Below are positions 62,369 through 64,000 of a DNA stretch of 64,000 nucleotides, in pieces (positions within the stretch are counted from its first letter, which is position 1; each line of letters begins with the position of its first letter). The position numbers and the translations under genes are program-made. The stretch is from Planctomycetota bacterium (GTDB taxonomy: Bacteria > Planctomycetota > UBA1135 > GCA-002686595), in contig JADLBP010000205.1 in NCBI GenBank assembly GCA_020847695.1, forward strand, positions 22,530 through 86,529, given 5' to 3'. Below the pieces are notes generated by a model. The model saw only the letters and a list, made by a program, of their open reading frames with translations, was not told the origin of the DNA and searched no databases.

Positions 62369-63510
62369 ACGGTCTCCTCCCACAGCGTCGTGATCGTCAT
62401 CGTCTGGTTGTGGAGCTCGCAGCGCACCGCGCCCATCTGCGGACAGATCTCGCCGTACGAGTAGAAGCCGGCGAGCACCGGACCCGGCCCGAGCACTTCG
62501 CGAACGCCTTCGACCTCTTCCTCGATGCGCTGGCCGAGCAGGAGCTTGCGGCCGACGCACGAGACCAGCAGCGCGAGCGTCGTGACGTCCGGATCGGTCG
62601 GTCGCGCCGCTTCGCGCGCCGCGCCGACCGCGCCTTCGATCAGGCGATCGAAGTTCGCGCGCATCAGCCGGGCGCGCGAATGCTGCGGGATGTCGCCGGC
62701 GTACGTGATGCTCTCGTGCTCGTCGTCGACGGCGAGCAACGTGCGCACGAGCGACGTCGCGGAGTCCGGCGCGCGCACGGCGAGCGGGAACAGCAGACCC
62801 GACGAAGGCAGTTGCTCGGCGTGCTCGCCGAGGTATTCACGATAGAGCTGCAGCGCGGACTTCCCGTCGAGCTCGTACAGCACGTTGCCCTTCGAGCGCG
62901 TGATCTCGCGTTCCGGTCCGAACGGATCCCAACCGCCGAGCGAGCAGAAGCCGACGTGTAGCGCGTCGCCGTAGAAGCCGATCGCGACGACTTGGCCCGG
63001 CTTCGGCGGCGCGTCGCAGCCGACGCACGTGGTCGCCATGCGCGCGCCGTCGCCGGCGAGTCCGCCGGTGACCGCGACGGTCTCCGGCAGTCGTTTGCGC
63101 ATGCCTTCGGCGAGCGCGCTGCCGTTGATCGACAAGCCCTCGCAGAGCACGACGACGTGCCGCAGAGAGGGTGCGGAAAGCGCGGCGGCCACCTCGGACC
63201 CCACCGCCGCGCTTTCCGCGGGATCGCGGAGCTCGCGCGCCACCACGCGCAGCGAGCTCCGCTCGAGCTCCAACTCCGTCGCCACCAACGAATCGTCGGT
63301 GACTTCCTCCTGCGAGATCTCGCCGGCGGTCGAGCAGCAAACGAGTGTGCCGATCGGGAAGCGCTCGCGCAGCCGACGGAAGACCGTCGCGTCGGAGAGC
63401 AACTGCTGCGCGCCGAAGACCAACACCAACTGCGGCTCCTTCGGAACCGAACCATTCGAGCGAACCTTCCAATCGCCTTCGCTCGTCCATCGATGCTGTG
63501 CAACGCGCAT
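62365..63510 (-). CDS. FIST (FIST_N + FIST_C) sensory domain protein
   Basis: 'LVLVFG', 'VCCSTAGEI', 'GGLAGDG' and 'GFYSYGEI' are FIST hallmarks. ATG at 63510 with GGAGAGG 7 nt upstream (alternative start at 63597). Confidence 0.8.
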   Translation of the reverse strand: MRVAQHRWTSEGDWKVRSNGSVPKEPQLVLVFGAQQLLSDATVFRRLRERFPIGTLVCCSTAGEISQEEVTDDSLVATELELERSSLRVVARELRDPAESAAVGSEVAAALSAPSLRHVVVLCEGLSINGSALAEGMRKRLPETVAVTGGLAGDGARMATTCVGCDAPPKPGQVVAIGFYGDALHVGFCSLGGWDPFGPEREITRSKGNVLYELDGKSALQLYREYLGEHAEQLPSSGLLFPLAVRAPDSATSLVRTLLAVDDEHESITYAGDIPQHSRARLMRANFDRLIEGAVGAAREAARPTDPDVTTLALLVSCVGRKLLLGQRIEEEVEGVREVLGPGPVLAGFYSYGEICPQMGAVRCELHNQTMTITTLWEETV

Positions 63511-63819
63511 GAATCGCCTCTCCAGAGGACGTGGGAGTCGGACCCGCGCCTTGTCGAGTGCGTGCGACGCGCCGCTTGATGAGGATTCAATCACCATCGA
63601 ACGGATGATCGCTCGCAGGTGGGTGAGCGCTTCGCCGGGCGAGCACCGCGCGGAGCGTCGCTCTGGTCGGAGCGTGATGACAACTTCGTACGCGACCGGC
63701 GCCGCGCGACGGTCGATGCAGGTTCACGACGTTCATGCCCGACCGAGACGTCGAGCCGCGGTGCTCGCCGTCGCTCGGTCGCGCACGTCGTCACGACGAT
63801 CCACTCCGAGAGCATCCGC

Positions 63820-64000
63820 ATGGAAAACGCGAAGGTCCTGTTGGTCGACGACGAGCCGTTGGCGCTGCACTCACTGCAGGTCGCGCTGCGTCGCGAGCCG
63901 TTCGACTTCGAGACCGCCTGCTCGGCGGAGCACGCGCTCGAGCTCCTGTCGCGTCGCGCGTTCGACGTCGTCGTTTCCGACGAGTGCATGCCGGGCATGC
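63820..64000 (+). CDS. Response regulator receiver domain (5' partial, runs off the window)
   Basis: ATG at 63820. 'MENAKVLLVDDEPLALHSLQVALRREPFDFETACSAEHALELLSRRAFDVVVSDECMPGM' is a canonical REC N-half. Not in the ORF track because no stop codon lies inside the window. Confidence 0.7.
   Translation, partial: MENAKVLLVDDEPLALHSLQVALRREPFDFETACSAEHALELLSRRAFDVVVSDECMPGM

Overview
Very GC-rich bacterial chromosome segment from a diderm (L-ring and P-ring genes are present), dominated by flagellar genes in three blocks. (i) Plus strand: flgD-flgE, then flgF-G-A-H-I-J-N-K-L (190-11814), running on into a small ORF, a GNAT gene and a TPR/GT-C-like membrane protein. (ii) A minus-strand run of about 21 kb with almost no gaps (48286 down to 27360). 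It opens with five uncharacterised signalling and envelope genes, then an FlrB/FlrC-like sigma54 two-component pair, flgBC-fliEFGHIJ, a MotE/YlxF-like gene, motA with two motB paralogs, fliL-M-N, and a second TPR/GT-C-like membrane protein. (iii) Four tandem short flagellin genes, interrupted by a clostripain-like (C11) peptidase gene, followed by fliD-fliS and a small ORF. About 17 kb of non-flagellar genes separate blocks (i) and (ii): gmhA, an XRE-type HTH gene, rmuC, an ECF sigma / Ser-Thr kinase pair, an ECF sigma fused to a membrane-anchored repeat domain, and ispG. A degenerate FleQ-like sigma54-activator homolog sits between blocks (ii) and (iii). The right end carries a translationally coupled FIST-HK-RR-RR cassette. 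Sigma54-type and sigma28-type promoter motifs and GC-rich hairpins are visible at several operon boundaries. I saw no rRNA, tRNA, CRISPR array, transposase or integrase. All functional calls come from reading motifs by eye against remembered family signatures; no searches were run. Many long ORFs in the supplied track are Arg/Ala/Gly-rich alternative-frame artefacts of the high GC content. The most unusual content is the uncharacterised five-gene module at the head of the flagellar super-operon, the degenerate activator next to it, the motA-motB-motB' stator locus with His-rich tails, and the GT-C/TPR genes that close both flagellar operons.
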